A stretch of DNA of 64,000 nt, from assembly GCA_028534125.1 (NCBI GenBank), contig CM052818.1:40116001-40180000 (forward strand), given 5' to 3'. The notes under the pieces are model-generated. The model was not told the DNA's origin and did no database searches. It saw only the letters and a program-made list of their open reading frames with translations. Below are positions 11,301 to 24,299 of the stretch, piece by piece (position 1 is the first letter of the stretch; the number at the start of each line of letters is the position of its first letter). A program made the position numbers and the translations under genes. This stretch comes from Lama glama (taxonomy: Eukaryota).

Positions 11301-11829
11301 CAGAGCTGACTTCTGTGGGTTCTGCTTAAAATCCCTAGGTCATCATGACAATGTAACTCCTATGTGAGACAGTCCAGCTTACTCCACAGAGTGGGGAGTG
11401 CAGCAAGAAACTACAAACAAAACTGATCATATTTTAGGCACCATGACAAGTCAATTTACCATTTATTTCCCTGGTCACTCCACATTTGACTCTCATAGAT
11501 GCACAGGGTCTTGTCAAAAGTGCTCTCCTAAAGCCACTGCACTACCCACCCAACCTCACCATAAGGAAATCCCTTCCATTTGGTTAAAGCAATTCTGCTT
11601 CCTCTTGCTGTATCCTTACGGGCAGAAGAAAGGACAGATCATATAATCAGTGACAGAAAAATTTACACCTACATGTGCTATCTCATAACACTTCTAACCC
11701 CTCCAGGATGGTACATGCACCCTTGCTTATGTCATTTGGGAGGGCTTTTGGTTCACAAGTGCTGCTTTGTCCTGTTCCCTGACTGCCTAGATCCCATAAT
11801 TTTGCCTGCCTTGACATTCCACCCACAGT

Positions 11830-12440
11830 TCAGTACCTTTTTACTGAGTATAAACCATTCCCCAAACTTGTGCTAAGAGAAATGGATTTTTCACTTGGGA
11901 AGCTCATAGTCAGATGGAAGAGAAACATGTAATACATGATTTTTATGAAAAGTGCTAACTGTTTTGACATAAGTACAGGATAACTGTAGAGACTTAGGTC
12001 AGCCTGGGGACTGGAAGAGAAGTTAACTAATGTCAAATCTTGCAGAACAAGTGGGCATCGGCCATGTGAAGCCAGTGGTATCTCTTCCAAAGGTAGAGAC
12101 AATGGTAACCATGATCCAGAGACGACTGTGGTGCTACAGCCTAAGAGGAGAAGTAAGGGCCTAGAGACAAAGTAGAATGGGAGAGGACCCCATTATTAGG
12201 GACTTACACTGTTGGTCATGGGAAACCACTTAAATGTTTCACAGCGGAAGTGGCAAGATAAGATTTGCATCATAGGGTGGTCACAATGGAGGCAGATATA
12301 AACAACTGATTGGGTAAGAAGACTGGAATAAAACAGGAAGATCAGTCAAGAGACTACCGTAGGCATCCACAGAGACAGCCTGAACTAGTGCAAGAAGAGA
12401 ATGGAAAAGAAGTGTTTGGAATTGGGAGCTATCTAGGACA
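11830..12440 (-). mobile_element. L2 fragment
   Basis: TTTACTGAGTATAAACCATTCCCAAAC..., GGGAAACCACTTAAATGTTTC...AGATTTGCAT and GCCTGAACTAG are antisense L2 blocks. Confidence 0.7.
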
Positions 12441-12683
12441 GCCTCAATGTCTTTAAATTCTTATGTGTCCTTTCATAGTCCCTGACCACTGTCCCTCCCT
12501 GCTGACCACTGTCAGCTTTGCCTCATCTAGACTTTGTGTGGAAGTTCAATCCGTCCCTTCCAGCCTTCTCTACCCACTTGGACTCCTGGCTCCTATCCTT
12601 GTTACCACTTGGGCCATTTGGGGTCTAAGCTGATCCTGAAATTATTACAAATCATGTGTATCCTGGAGTTTCTCTCAGTTTTG

Positions 12684-12966
12684 AGGGTCCACAGTCATTT
12701 ATTTGTAACACAAAAAAAATCAAAAATGCTCTTCAAATCCAACTGTTTTCACAACTTTGAGCAAAATCATTTGACCACAGATTTGGATGTGAATTGATAT
12801 GAGAACTTAGTGTAAATACTAAAATGTTTTGTCACACTATTATTAATGATTTTGATTATGCAGTGTTGGCCCAGGCCTTCTGAGGATACATGCTCTGTAT
12901 TACAGTATTGAAATCCAAAAATCTCTGAATCTGGCTAATGGGGTTGCTAATGGGATCATGGACCTG
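12684..12966. mobile_element. Probable ancient non-autonomous DNA transposon (Tigger-like MITE)
   Basis: Degenerate inverted termini AGGGTCCACAGTC ... GGGATCATGGACCTG, about 280 bp long. Confidence 0.4.
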
Positions 12967-14056
12967 TGTCTGCATTTTCCCTCATGCCTAGGATGCAGAA
13001 TCAATGACTGTGGCCAGTATTTTCATTATGTACTGATCTGACTGAGTCTCTTTCTCTGCTATTTCCATAATTCATCTGGGCTGTGAGTGCTCCTTTCTAT
13101 GCAATTTTAATATTCCATCAAGGAAATCCACTGAGACAGCAGCTGTTCCATTTAAAATGTTTGGAAATATCTCTGCCAGTTAAAAAAAAATACAATTTCA
13201 AAGACCTATTTAACCTTTGCACTGATTTTTTCAAAGCAACAGTTTATTCAATTAAAAAGAAACATTTAAAAACAGATAATATTTTTTACAGTATCTTAGC
13301 AACAGGTGATTGAACCCATGCCTAGAACTAGGAGTTGAGATTTTGCCAAAAGGGCCACATACTAGTGATATCTTCCTTTTAACAAATGGAATAAATCTAA
13401 TATTGTTTTGGACAAGTTGTGCTGGGTTACATCATAACATGAAATTCTGACAACAGAGGACAAATTCTGACTACAGGAGGACAAGGTCGAGCCTTACAGA
13501 CCCGCAAAGCTTTTAAGAGAGAAAAGCAAATAATGTGATCTCCTTCATGGCTAAGCTTCAACTCAGGTGCCTAAAAAGAGTGTGATTAGGCAAGTTTATC
13601 CCCAGGATCCCTGGTCATTCAGAATTCAATTGACTAGCAGTGACCTCTGAGACATAGAACTGTGCCCCACTCTTCACAGCCTACCCCTACCTGGAGGTTC
13701 ACATAGAATTAGACTCAGTGATTCTTAATCCATTTGAGAATTTGCTATAAGCCCTACTCTAGTAAATTGCACCATTGAAATACACATGCAAAATATTTGT
13801 GTGATTTCTAAGAGTTTGTATGACAGGTTAAAACTAACTTTGAACTCATAATTGTTCACTGTGCCCTGGTCATAGGACCCTCTGTTACATCTTGCTAACT
13901 TCCATCACCTCAGTGGAAACAGAGAGAAACAGAGTGATGAGGTGACTGGTTCTATGGTCCTGAGCACATGTCACCATATAACCTGCACATTCAGATGGAC
14001 AAAAAGTGGAGTAAGAGTGTTGGAGTATAAAGTCACATTTATGTTAATTAAGGATG

Positions 14057-14057
<1 letters not shown>

Positions 14058-14096
<39 letters not shown>
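14058..14096. repeat. (GT)n microsatellite
   Basis: Directly visible; it explains the VCVCVC and THTHTH ORFs. Confidence 0.97.
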
Positions 14097-14099
<3 letters not shown>

Positions 14100-14558
14100 A
14101 AGCAGTTCAGCTCTTGGACATTTATGTGCTGATTGGTAAATGTTGGTAGATGCACTGTTAGCCACTAAGGAAAACCCCCTTTGAAAAACTGTAATTAAAA
14201 CAACCTTTAGTCTATTCTCAAGAATGTCTCCAGTCAAGGCCAGTTATCCAGATACATTTCCAAAAGTCCCAAAGTATATCAATAACAACTTAATATGTTT
14301 GTTGCAATAATGAGATGATACATGTGAAATATCTAATGGCATGGTAATGTACAGGTGCCAAGCATATTGTAGTGATTATTATCACAATTATTGGATATAA
14401 TTATAATCCTGTTGTGTGATGCAATTGCTAGCATCATCTCTGATTCAGTTTAGGTGAAGCCAAAAGAGACCACACATTGAAATAACAAACCATTTAAAAT
14501 ACTTCGTATGTCTGTTGGAATCTCTCTTTGCTCAGAGGAAATCTCGCGCTGTCTTCTT

Positions 14559-14798
14559 TAGTCAGTCATCTGGCAAATATTTACTATGTTCAGAGTTCTA
14601 ATTTATCCCAGGCACTGTGCTACGGGCCAGAGATTCAAAAACAAATACATGGTGGTCTTTGCCTTCAAGAGATATGGAATCCAGAAGGAGAAACACACAC
14701 ATAAATAAATGTGATACTGTGTGGGAAGTGAGAGAGATGGGCACAGGGTATCATGGGAGCACAAAGGAGGTCAATCTAACCTGAGCTGGCAAGGGAGG
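14559..14798 (-). mobile_element. L2 3' end
   Basis: CAGTCATCTGGCAAATATTTACT...CCAGGCACTGTGCTA...TTTGCCTTCAAG is the antisense L2 tail. Confidence 0.7.
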
Positions 14799-15260
14799 TG
14801 TCTTAGCTCAGGTTTCATCAAAAACAGAGACTGAGGCAAAAGTTCCCTTGTTAATATTTGGGAGTGCAACCCAGAGAACCAGGACAGAAGTTGGAGGGAA
14901 AGCCGGGGGAGGAACAAACAAAAGATGGTGGAGGGCACTGCCCATGTGGTCACAGCTTCACGACAAACACAGATGGCTGTTCTTTTTCTCACATCATCCT
15001 GAGAGAGACCATACAAACCACCTCTTCTCAGAATAATACGTGGGGTTGCGGAGGAAGCGGGAATAATTTTTCCCATGGCTTTCTTCTGTCCTCTGTCCCC
15101 ATTGGTAAAAATCAATGACCTCTTGGCTTGTGTCATCTGGTTCCCTGAGCCAGAGCCCCCAGGGCCAGCCAACCTCTCTTCCTCAGTTGGCACAGTGCAC
15201 AAGATTCCTCAAGCTACAGTGGAGACCGGCAGCTACAGCAACATGGCGCCAGCACTAAGG
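14799..15260. mobile_element. ERVL/MaLR-class solo LTR (LTR16/MLT-like)
   Basis: Begins TGTCTTAGCTCAGGTTTCATCAAAAACAGAGACTGAGGCAA...TTTGGGAGTGCAACCCAG, a typical end of these old LTRs; about 450 bp. Confidence 0.6.
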
Positions 15261-17594
15261 GACTAGCTCAACCTCTTGCTCAGACCTTTTAGTCTAGAAA
15301 GTACAAATGGCCAAGACCTAGAGGGAGGGGAGGAATAGCTGCGTGGATCTGGGGGAGAGGAAGGAAAGGGCCTGGAAGAGATTGTCAGAAGGTGGCAGGC
15401 ATCGTGACTTGAGAGGGAACAGAACATTTTCTAGTAAGAAACTTCACAGTTGAACAAAGGCTGAGGCAAACAGGGCTCGAGTGGAGAGCATATGAATCTC
15501 AGAGGGAGGGAGGCTTACACTGACAAGAGCAGTTTCCCCCTCCAACTGCATACATGATGGGGAGAATGGGGGCAACTGGGATACCAGGAGACACTTCCTC
15601 CTGCAGAAACACCCCTACATCCAGAGGAAGTGATTCCCCCAAAAGGATGCAGTGAACTCTTTATCCCCTTCATCTACCTGTTCTCTCCTGCATTCCTTCA
15701 TTCATCCAACACCTGTTCAGAGAGGCCTGTCCTAATAGGCATCTGGTGAGCAGAGGGACCAGGTCACCCTTGAGATGCTCATGTCTAGCAGCGACACGCA
15801 TGTCAATAACGCCTGTAGTGTAATGTGTATCAGTGGACCACAGACGAAGGGACAGGTTACTCTTTTAAGGGAGTAAGAAAATCTCACTGCAGCAGAAAAG
15901 AGGCACATATAAACTGAGACCGGGGGACAAAGCCTCAGTTTGTCCTGCGTGGAAGACAGAACAAAACAGCCCCGTCCATAAGGGCATGCTATGGAAAGCA
16001 GAATTGAGGGGGGCCACGGTCTGTGCAGAAAATGGTTGAGGGGTCAGCCTGGGTCTCACCTTAAGTCAGAAAGCAGACCAGCGGCAGATCTCAGAGCACT
16101 TTACTTCCACCAGGCTAATCTTTCCACAAATCGACATGTTTCCCTCCAAGTCAATCAAGAACCAGTTTCAAAGTATTCAGTGCTTTTAAGGCTAGACACA
16201 GTGGGGCTGCCCAAAAGGAAGAGAGAGAGACTTTGCTCTCAGAACACCACCCTCCATGAGCCCACACCCAGACAGCCATCCACTGGAGGACTCTTTCCCA
16301 CCTCGGCTCACCTTGGGGTCAGCCCACCAGAAATGTGCTCAGAGTCCCAGCACAGCCGGCAGCAGATAACACCTCCCTTTGCCTTTGATCTGCAGGCATG
16401 GTGAGCGTCAGACTGTACATTTCCGCTAGTGATGAAAACCCTAACAATCCCCCCACCCCAACCCTTAACCCTGAGCCAGGAGGCCGATAACGTCCTCCAG
16501 AACATGCAAGGCTACAGGCTGGAGTCCCAGCCCTGGGCGCGGGGAGAAAACTCTAAATAGAGCCTCTCTGGTTTCAGGCATGACACAACATACTGGTGGT
16601 GCCGGGGTTTGCTCCTTTGCAGGCAGATGTCACATTCAAATGAAAGCTGTTATATACACGGGATCTGAAAAAAACCGAGAATGTCTGCTATTAAATTCAG
16701 GCTGGCTGGCCCAGCCCAAGCCCTGAGACAACGTGCCTCTACTTTGGGAAGGAAACTTGGAAGGATGTCTCCGAGCCTTGGCACAACACAAGCTTTCTGG
16801 GCCTTGGTGACATATAGGTGCTTTGTAATGTAGCCCACTTTTTATGCTGTTTAAATATGTATACGCCGGGTAGGGAAAGCTAATATCTGGAACAATAAGG
16901 TAATCCTATATGCTTTTCAATGAAAAACACGAGGAGAGGACGACTTGCTGCCAGGGTTCTGCCATTCTTGCTTAATTCTGTCTTTCAGTTACGTGATATC
17001 TCTGAAGGCATACTTTGTTAAAACTGCGTGGAAAAAATGAACCACAAACAATATCCACTCCGTCTTTGAGAATCAGGAGGCCAATTAAACACAGTTCCAT
17101 TTGGAACTCAAAGAAATAACCAGGGAAGCATACTTCTCAGCTGTCTAGTCCCCATCCCAGTGGCCTGCCGCATTGTCTCCAAAAAATGCTGAGTGTGGGC
17201 AAGGGTGGGGAAAGAGTGAGTGGGGAGAAGAGAGCTCTGCTTCCCCAAATATTCTGAAAAGTGCTTCATGGGAGGGAGACATCCAGACTCTTTGGTATGT
17301 TAGAGGCAGGGGAGTGTAGGTTCCTGGGGGCCATGATGTTTGGCAATCTGTTCCATTTGGGGTGGAGCAAATAGCTAAATCAAAAATAAAATCGGTGGGG
17401 GTGGGGCTGCACGGAGAGGGGCCAGTGAATCTCTAGATAAGCAGGTGCTAATAGAATTCTGAAAATAAAAGGCCTCATTGCCCATCAAGTGCTGACGGCC
17501 TGGGAGTGGGAGGTGCCTGAGCCCAGCCAGGCTCCAGCAGGCAGCACTTGCTGGCGCACAAGTTCTCAGCTCCTGCTCGCTTTCTGCTCCTGGG

Positions 17595-17830
17595 AGAGGC
17601 AGTGTGGGTGATGGAAAGAGCCCAGACGTTGAAGTTGGGAAGCCCTGATTTTACATCTTCGCCCTGGGGTATTCACATTGAGGTGAATGGTTTAACCACC
17701 TGGACCTTCAGTCTTTTTACAAAAATTTGAAAAGTGGTCTTAAACTTACAGGGTTGCTATAAGAAATCAAAACAACACATAAAGTTACCAAATGCAGTGT
17801 CTGATATAACCTGGGATGTCACCAATAGGC
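17595..17830 (+). mobile_element. MIR SINE
   Basis: GAGGCAGTGTGGGTGATGGAAAGAGCCCAGACGTTGAAGT head, then TTTAACCACCTGGACCTTCAGT core. Confidence 0.75.
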
Positions 17831-18039
17831 AGCTGTCTCAAGATACATAATGACCCCTAAAGAAAATAATGCTCTAAAAAACAGGCGAGATGAAGCCCTA
17901 CCAGATACCGAACAAAAGGGGCTCGGCTGGCTTTTCTCCTACCCTCCCCTGACAGCCCCAGTGTCTGCAGAAGGATCTGGTTCACTCAGTTTAGTTCCTC
18001 AGGTCTCACCTCCTACACCAACTCCTCTGAGAAGCCATC

Positions 18040-18305
18040 ACTGATTCTCTAGGACAGAAAGCTCTGTGGGCCTCTTCCCTGCTCCCAGCATCACAGAACA
18101 TGGTGCACTTCACTATGATACTGCGTAACCTTGTCTGTTTCCCCACCAGCCTGGAAGCCCCCTAGGATTTAACGTTTCATTACTTATGTATCTCCGCCCC
18201 CCACCCCTGTGTCCCATGGCTAATTCAGAATATGCATTTCAAACATATCTGGTGAATGAATCTAAGTATGAACAGATGAATAAATGAATAGGATTAAATG
18301 AATAA
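18040..18305 (+). mobile_element. L2 3' end
   Basis: TTGTCTGTTTCCCCACCAGCCTGGAAGCCCCCTAGG...GGTGAATGAAT and ATGAATAAATGAAT tail. Confidence 0.6.
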
Positions 18306-19959
18306 CCATTGCTTTCATCCCCAAGCTAAAAGTTCAGGCTGATTTCTCTGTCGTGAACAGGTTTCCCAGTCCTTTCACTAACCGTGAAAATAAAGGCAGG
18401 GAAACACTCAGTAAGCCACATCTCAAAGAAATGACAGTTTCTGAGCTCTGTTTCTCTGGGTGAACGTCTACTCTGCGGAGTCACGGAGTCGTGAAAACCA
18501 CTGTCAGACTCAGAGGGAAGCCCACTGCCTTGAGGGTAGATGAAGTGCAAATGTTTATCAGCCAGAGCTTCCTCACTGGAGCAGGTGTCTTCTTTTGTCT
18601 AATCGTTTACAGCATCATTTAATTGGGACTTTCTATCTCAGAAGAAAGTATGATTCAGAGCCACCCTTGCACTTGGTGGCCCAGCCACATTCCCAAGAAG
18701 ACAGTTTTTCAGAAGAAACATCAAGGTCCACCTACATTTGGACTCAGCAAAAAGCACACACCCAAATGACAACCATGGCTAGTGTCTGCACGGGGGCATC
18801 CGTATCACTTCCTTCCGGTCTCAGGAGAGCTTAGAAACAGACGGGGCTGGCTTGTTCTCTTCTTCACATTATATTAAACACTCACTCCATCTCTGAGGGC
18901 AGCCCTGATCAACAAGAAAGAGAAGTCTGGAAAGACATATACCTACATTAGAGGTGCAAATGGAAAGGGGGATGGGCAAGAACAGAGGACATGAAATACC
19001 AGAGGCATTTCAATTGCAGAACCTATTTTTGCCTTGTTTGACAAAGAAACATTGGGAAATGGAGAATCACAAGAATTCTTCAGAACTCTGTTCAATCTTT
19101 CACCCATCAAACCTTTACTGAGTCCTGACATGGTTTGAGTGTCCATGAATGGGCATGGAGTTGCTTGCGTCAGGCCCTGGAGAAACACGTTTCTCGCATG
19201 CTCTACTGCGATTTACAGAGGACCCCACAGTAATGCCCCTTTCATCCTTTAATCCACGAGATACTTAGAGGGTGTAACTTTAGATTTTCAGCTAAGTGGG
19301 TTTGCTAATATTTTACCCAATTTTAGACAAACTCACTATCCAGTAATCGGCAGTGCTCAACAATTCTTCGAGTCCCTGAAGGGGCAGAACCTTCTGCTGC
19401 AAGATTGCTCTCCAAACAATTAAGAGAAGACCAAATGGTAGTCTCTCTGCAGGCAGGCTGGTTTCTAAAGAGACAAGTGATGCTGACATCAATTTCTTTT
19501 CCCACCTCACCAACTGGATAACTCCCTCCTCCTCCAAAGGAGTGAAGATTAGAGAGGGCTGGAGTCTTACATTGGCTAAAAGTTCCCCCATATAACAGAC
19601 AGACTCCCCTCTCTAGATACGACTAATGCTCAAACACAGCCTTCTCTTGGGCTGAGAATGGCCTGCAGCTTCCAAAGAAACAGAAGAGCTACTCCTTTTC
19701 TGTTAGCTAGCTAGACTTCAACATAAATCGTGATGAAGTAACAGCCCTTGGGAGTTACATTGCTCTTGGAGAAAATCCATAAAAAACAGATTAACCAGAA
19801 TTCAGGTGAGCATTCTCCTCTCTCAGTGGGATCTTGTCCCCTTCTCTCTCCCCTACAGGAGAAAAAAAAGGATCACAACGAAGTTGATTAATACCTGAAA
19901 TTTATAACTGCTGGTTCTTGTGTGGGTCGACAGACATTTGCCTAATTCTTCAGAACTTC

Positions 19960-20720
19960 TGCAGCTAAAATTATATGCCATGAGGCCTGATGGTCAAAAT
20001 AATTATACTGTAAGAATGTGCCTAACACAGACTTAAAGATTTCTTAGAAACCACTTACTAAGACTTGATAATTAACAAACATCTCTGATATACATTCAAA
20101 GCTTAAGACAAATTTATGAAATTTACTATTTCGCACAAAGGTTAATTTAAAAAAAGTAGTTACTCAAAATGTTTCCCATTTTCCAAGCATTATAGCTAGC
20201 TGGGATTTTTGCTGCATTGTCATTTAAAGCAAATAAAATTGAGTCCTGATTTCTGTCAGTTAAATAAATATATTCTGCTGAAGCTTAAATTATCATCCAT
20301 CTTAACAAAAGGGTTATATATTATATTAGCAGTCAGTGACTGATTAGTTATTTATTCTCTTAAAGAGTAACTGAAAGAGATTAATATTCTGATAAGCTTG
20401 TCACTGATTTCTGAGGAGTGCCTGGCTTCCTTTCATCACTTGAACTATAATGTGTCAGACATAAATTCCATTATAATTACAATTAGTACTAATGCCTCCC
20501 AACTTATAGTTAATGGACAGGTCATTATTTTAACTACAAATAATTTCTTTCTTAAAAGAGCCTAAATGGATTTCCATGAAAAAAAAATCATAGTTAAATT
20601 AATGTTGAGGAAGGAACAGTAAATAAATCAGAAGGATATAGGTTAAAAGAAAAAGAAAGTGTATTTTGCTTATTTTTCCAGCTGGGTTACATTTTTCACT
20701 CATGTGAAACGTACGGTTCA
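19960..20720. promoter_or_regulatory. Candidate conserved non-coding element (enhancer-like)
   Basis: AT-rich but complex, with no recognisable repeat. It has dense TAAT/ATTA cores, CTGTCA (TALE) and ATAAATCA (PBX-HOX type). Conservation not tested. Confidence 0.4.
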
Positions 20721-21415
20721 CGGCCAGTACTGGTTTTTAGGTGATAGTGGGAGAAGAATGGGGAGGCGGTGAAGAGAAGAAAAAAGAGAAGATGGGACCT
20801 CGTGTTGGTTAAATCCTTGGTATGTTTCAGACACAGTGCAAAGTAGATATGCTTCCTGCTTTACTGAGCAGCAAAATGCGTCTCCTTGAGGGGAAATCAC
20901 TCAAGCAGTTTCACTCCCCTTGGGATCCGAGGAGGTGAAAATTAAACCTGGGCCTCTACAGCTCCAAACCTCCCACCCCCATGGGCAGTGGTTGTCGTTT
21001 CTCATTCTTCTGGGTAATGACAGCTGCTGGCAAAGCTCCACATTCCCACCAGTGTGATGGGTAAAGACCTGACCTAGATTACACCGGGGTAAGTGACGGG
21101 GAGACCAAGCCTTCCCTGGGACACCCAGAGTCCTTTTCTGATTTTCCTGTAAGCTGGGTTCCCTGCTGCATTTCTTCTTAAACATTCTTAAAAGCACCGC
21201 TGAACATAAGGAGCATAAGGAACAAGTAGAGATAATAACTGAGCCAGCATTTTGGCAGGATGACCACCATGCTTCTTAACATGAAAACAGCATGTTGTGA
21301 AATGACCACGTTGTGAAATGACCATGAGATTTGGAATTAAAGGACCCAAGTTTGAAGTCTTGTGAAGCTAGACATAAATTAAAAACAAACAAAACAACCA
21401 TTTTCTATACATTTC

Positions 21416-21416
<1 letters not shown>

Positions 21417-21456
<40 letters not shown>
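21417..21456. repeat. (CA)n microsatellite
   Basis: Directly visible run. Confidence 0.97.
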
Positions 21457-21609
21457 CCTGATCCCTATATGAGATACAGTTTACTCTGAAAAACTGTTTA
21501 GAAATAAGAACACATTGAGTACCTCTGACTGGTTATATGATCTTGCACAAGCCACTCCTCTAATCTGAGGCTGTATCTTTGTCCATATATTAGAAGACTG
21601 GATTACATT

Positions 21610-21690
21610 AGTAGTTCTCAAGGCAGGAGTTTGTTAGAAATGAAAATCCTTGGGCCACATCCTAGAACCACTCCAGTAGGTCATGGGTCC
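21610..21690. mobile_element. MER5-like hAT-Charlie fragment
   Basis: TAGTAGTTCTCAAG...GGAGTTTGTTAGAAATGAAAATCCTTGGGCCACATCCTAGA resembles the MER5A core. Confidence 0.55.
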
Positions 21691-24080
21691 CCATAAAGCT
21701 CTAAAAGGCTCTATGTCCAGTAATAAATGCAACCTCTTGCCATTGTACTCCGCAAATCAGTTTAGGATACAGTACTTTATTCACTGTGGACAACAGACAC
21801 TCATTTAGCATCAACTGTATGTCAGATGGAGGCATCCTTTGATACATAGAGACTCAGCCCCCATGCCTTTAGGATTTCACTGTCTAATGGGAAGGAAAAA
21901 GGCAAGTCAGTAGAAAAATCAGGCATGGTAAGCATAGGATTGGTGGTAATCCCAGGGGCCATGGGAAGACATAAGAGGGAGCAGTGACTCAGAATGGAGG
22001 TGCTTTAACTCAGGTAGGGGATGGAGGAGGTAGAGGAAGGGAAGAACTCAGGTTATAAAAGAAGGCTTCTGGGAGAGGGGGACTTTGAGATCTGCATATT
22101 AAGACCAATGAGAAACGTATTAATTTACATATTTTACAGGGGAGGCTGAGGATCACAGCAAAATGTCCAAGGTCACACAGCTACTGAGTGAAAGAGATGA
22201 AATTTAAAGATCGATCTTTGGACTTAGAAACTCTTACTTTATTTGATTCTGTGTTTCTATAGTTCTTGTAATAAAGCAACTATTAGGGGACAATGGAATC
22301 CTCCCCCATAGCCCTCTCCCCCACCCCAGGAATAAAGTACAACCCCTATAGGTCTAGAGGGGAGGGGAGTCCCTCAGTAGTCAGTGAGGCAGCAGTGGCA
22401 GAGAGCTGGGGCCCCAGCAGTCACCAGCAAGCCTATTAAATGTATCAGATGTCATCGGTACCTCCTTTATCCTTCTCACTTTGGACCTCACAGGCTGATA
22501 AGAAGGGGAAAGCGTTATAACCCAGAAGTAAAACTGTTGCATGATTATAACCCTGACAGCCTCCCTCTAATGAGCTTCCCTGCAGATAGGGAGAGGGGAG
22601 AGTGCTTTGATCTCCAGGAGCAGGAGGCTGAAAGGACCACTGTTTGGAGCAGAGCCGTCTGATGGGGTCCAGTCTCCCAGTAATCAAAGTCACAAGCTAC
22701 CATCTGAGCCATTTGTGAACCGCAGATAAGATTAGCTGCTCATTTGATAGATCAACCACCACCATCAATGGAGGCTAATTGTATCTGAAATATGACCGGA
22801 GAAGTGTCAGCTCCTGGAGACAAGCATTTCCTTTATCCTGAGTTTGAAGCCAGGACAACACTTTGTGTTTGAAAACTTGAGTAAAATGTTAATGCATGCA
22901 GCATTTTCCTCCTTTACTCCCAGCCATAAGAGAAGAGGAAATGTGGGGTTCTTTGAATTAGACATCAATCTATAGTTATAATTTTATGAAGATTCTGCAT
23001 TATGGTGTCAGAGAATATGTCTTTTTTGGGGGAAAGCCTGTAGGTCCAGGAATACTTGTACCATAGAATTCTCTCATAGCTTCAGAGCTAAAAAAGGAAA
23101 GTGCTCCAGCTTTGGAAAACCTTGTCCAGGAAGACAGGCTTTGAAATTCTAGAGTGCTGCGTGCTGTAGAAAAAGAAGCGATGATTGGTCGTTTGGAATT
23201 TGAAGGCATTTATACGGGTAGCATTTTGCCTCAGAGGCTGATGTGACTGACAGCTTTACTTTCTTCGAACTTATTCCCATGTCAGTAGAAGTTGAGTTCA
23301 AAATGAATCATGATCAGGCAACTTGGACAGCCCCGACGCCTTGGCAAATGAAGAAAGGCCACCGTTCCACTCCACATCCGCTGAAGTTGGGTTTTCGCTA
23401 CTTAAGGGATTGTCCATCCATTCCTTTGTATTTCCCAGGCATAATGTGGTACAAGAACAAGAAGGTTTGGCTTCTTGTCCTCTGTGAACATTTCTGTCTG
23501 TGATGCTGACCCATTTCAGCCTTCCTCTTTCACGAAGGGGAGGACACAAACCCCCACTCCCATCTCACCGTGTGGCAGCCAGGGCCGCTCTATTTCCAGC
23601 CTCATCCACTATAGCTCTTAAATTGCTAGGTTGTCCCCGTGTCCAGGCGGCTAGTAAAAGCTGCCTGAAAATGGCAAGGTATCATGAGAAGCACCTCATT
23701 ACGGCTCCCAAAATACACAGACCCAGAATAGCCTCGTGCAGTTGGGGTAAGAAAAGAAAGAGGGGACCAAGAACAGAAACACTCTTAAGTCTCCCACCCC
23801 GTGTAAGAGCTAGAGGAGAGGTCTGTCTCCTTTGTACAGACTCTCAAGCTATGATGGCTTGGTAGTGATCACCCTCATGGACTTTCTCCTACTTCCCAGG
23901 TTGGAATGACACCCTGTCCTGCCAGCATCTGATATCTCAGGCTTAGAAACCCTTTTAACTTTGCAGACAATGGTGACCACAATGACAATGTTCCAGTAGA
24001 ACCTCCAAGTCCAAGTCTCAGAACCAAAGAACATTACAGGTGGAAGAGCCTTTATAATTAATAGCATCCTTAAAATGCTC

Positions 24081-24299
24081 CAGGCACTGTGCAAAGCATT
24101 TTCACTCCATGAATCATTTAATTCTCATCAATAACTTTGGAGGGAGTTACAGTTATTATTTCTGCTTTAAAGATGTAGAAACTAAGACTCAGAAACGTTA
24201 ATTATATTGGCCCAGGAACACAGCTAGTAAGTGGCTGAGATGGAATATGAAACCAGATTCACTGACTGAAGGCAAATGCTTCAGTTTTTAACACTATGC
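24081..24299 (-). mobile_element. MIR SINE, near full length
   Basis: CAGGCACTGTGCAAAGCATTTT...CATTTAATTCTCA...GAAACTAAGACTCAGA...GCCCAGGAACACAGCTAGTAAGTGG. Confidence 0.85.

Noticed and set aside
21296..21326. 16-bp tandem duplication GTTGTGAAATGACCA(C/T); similar small duplications at ~1277, ~12482, ~13443 and ~50307
   Set aside because: Ordinary slippage micro-duplications at an unremarkable frequency.
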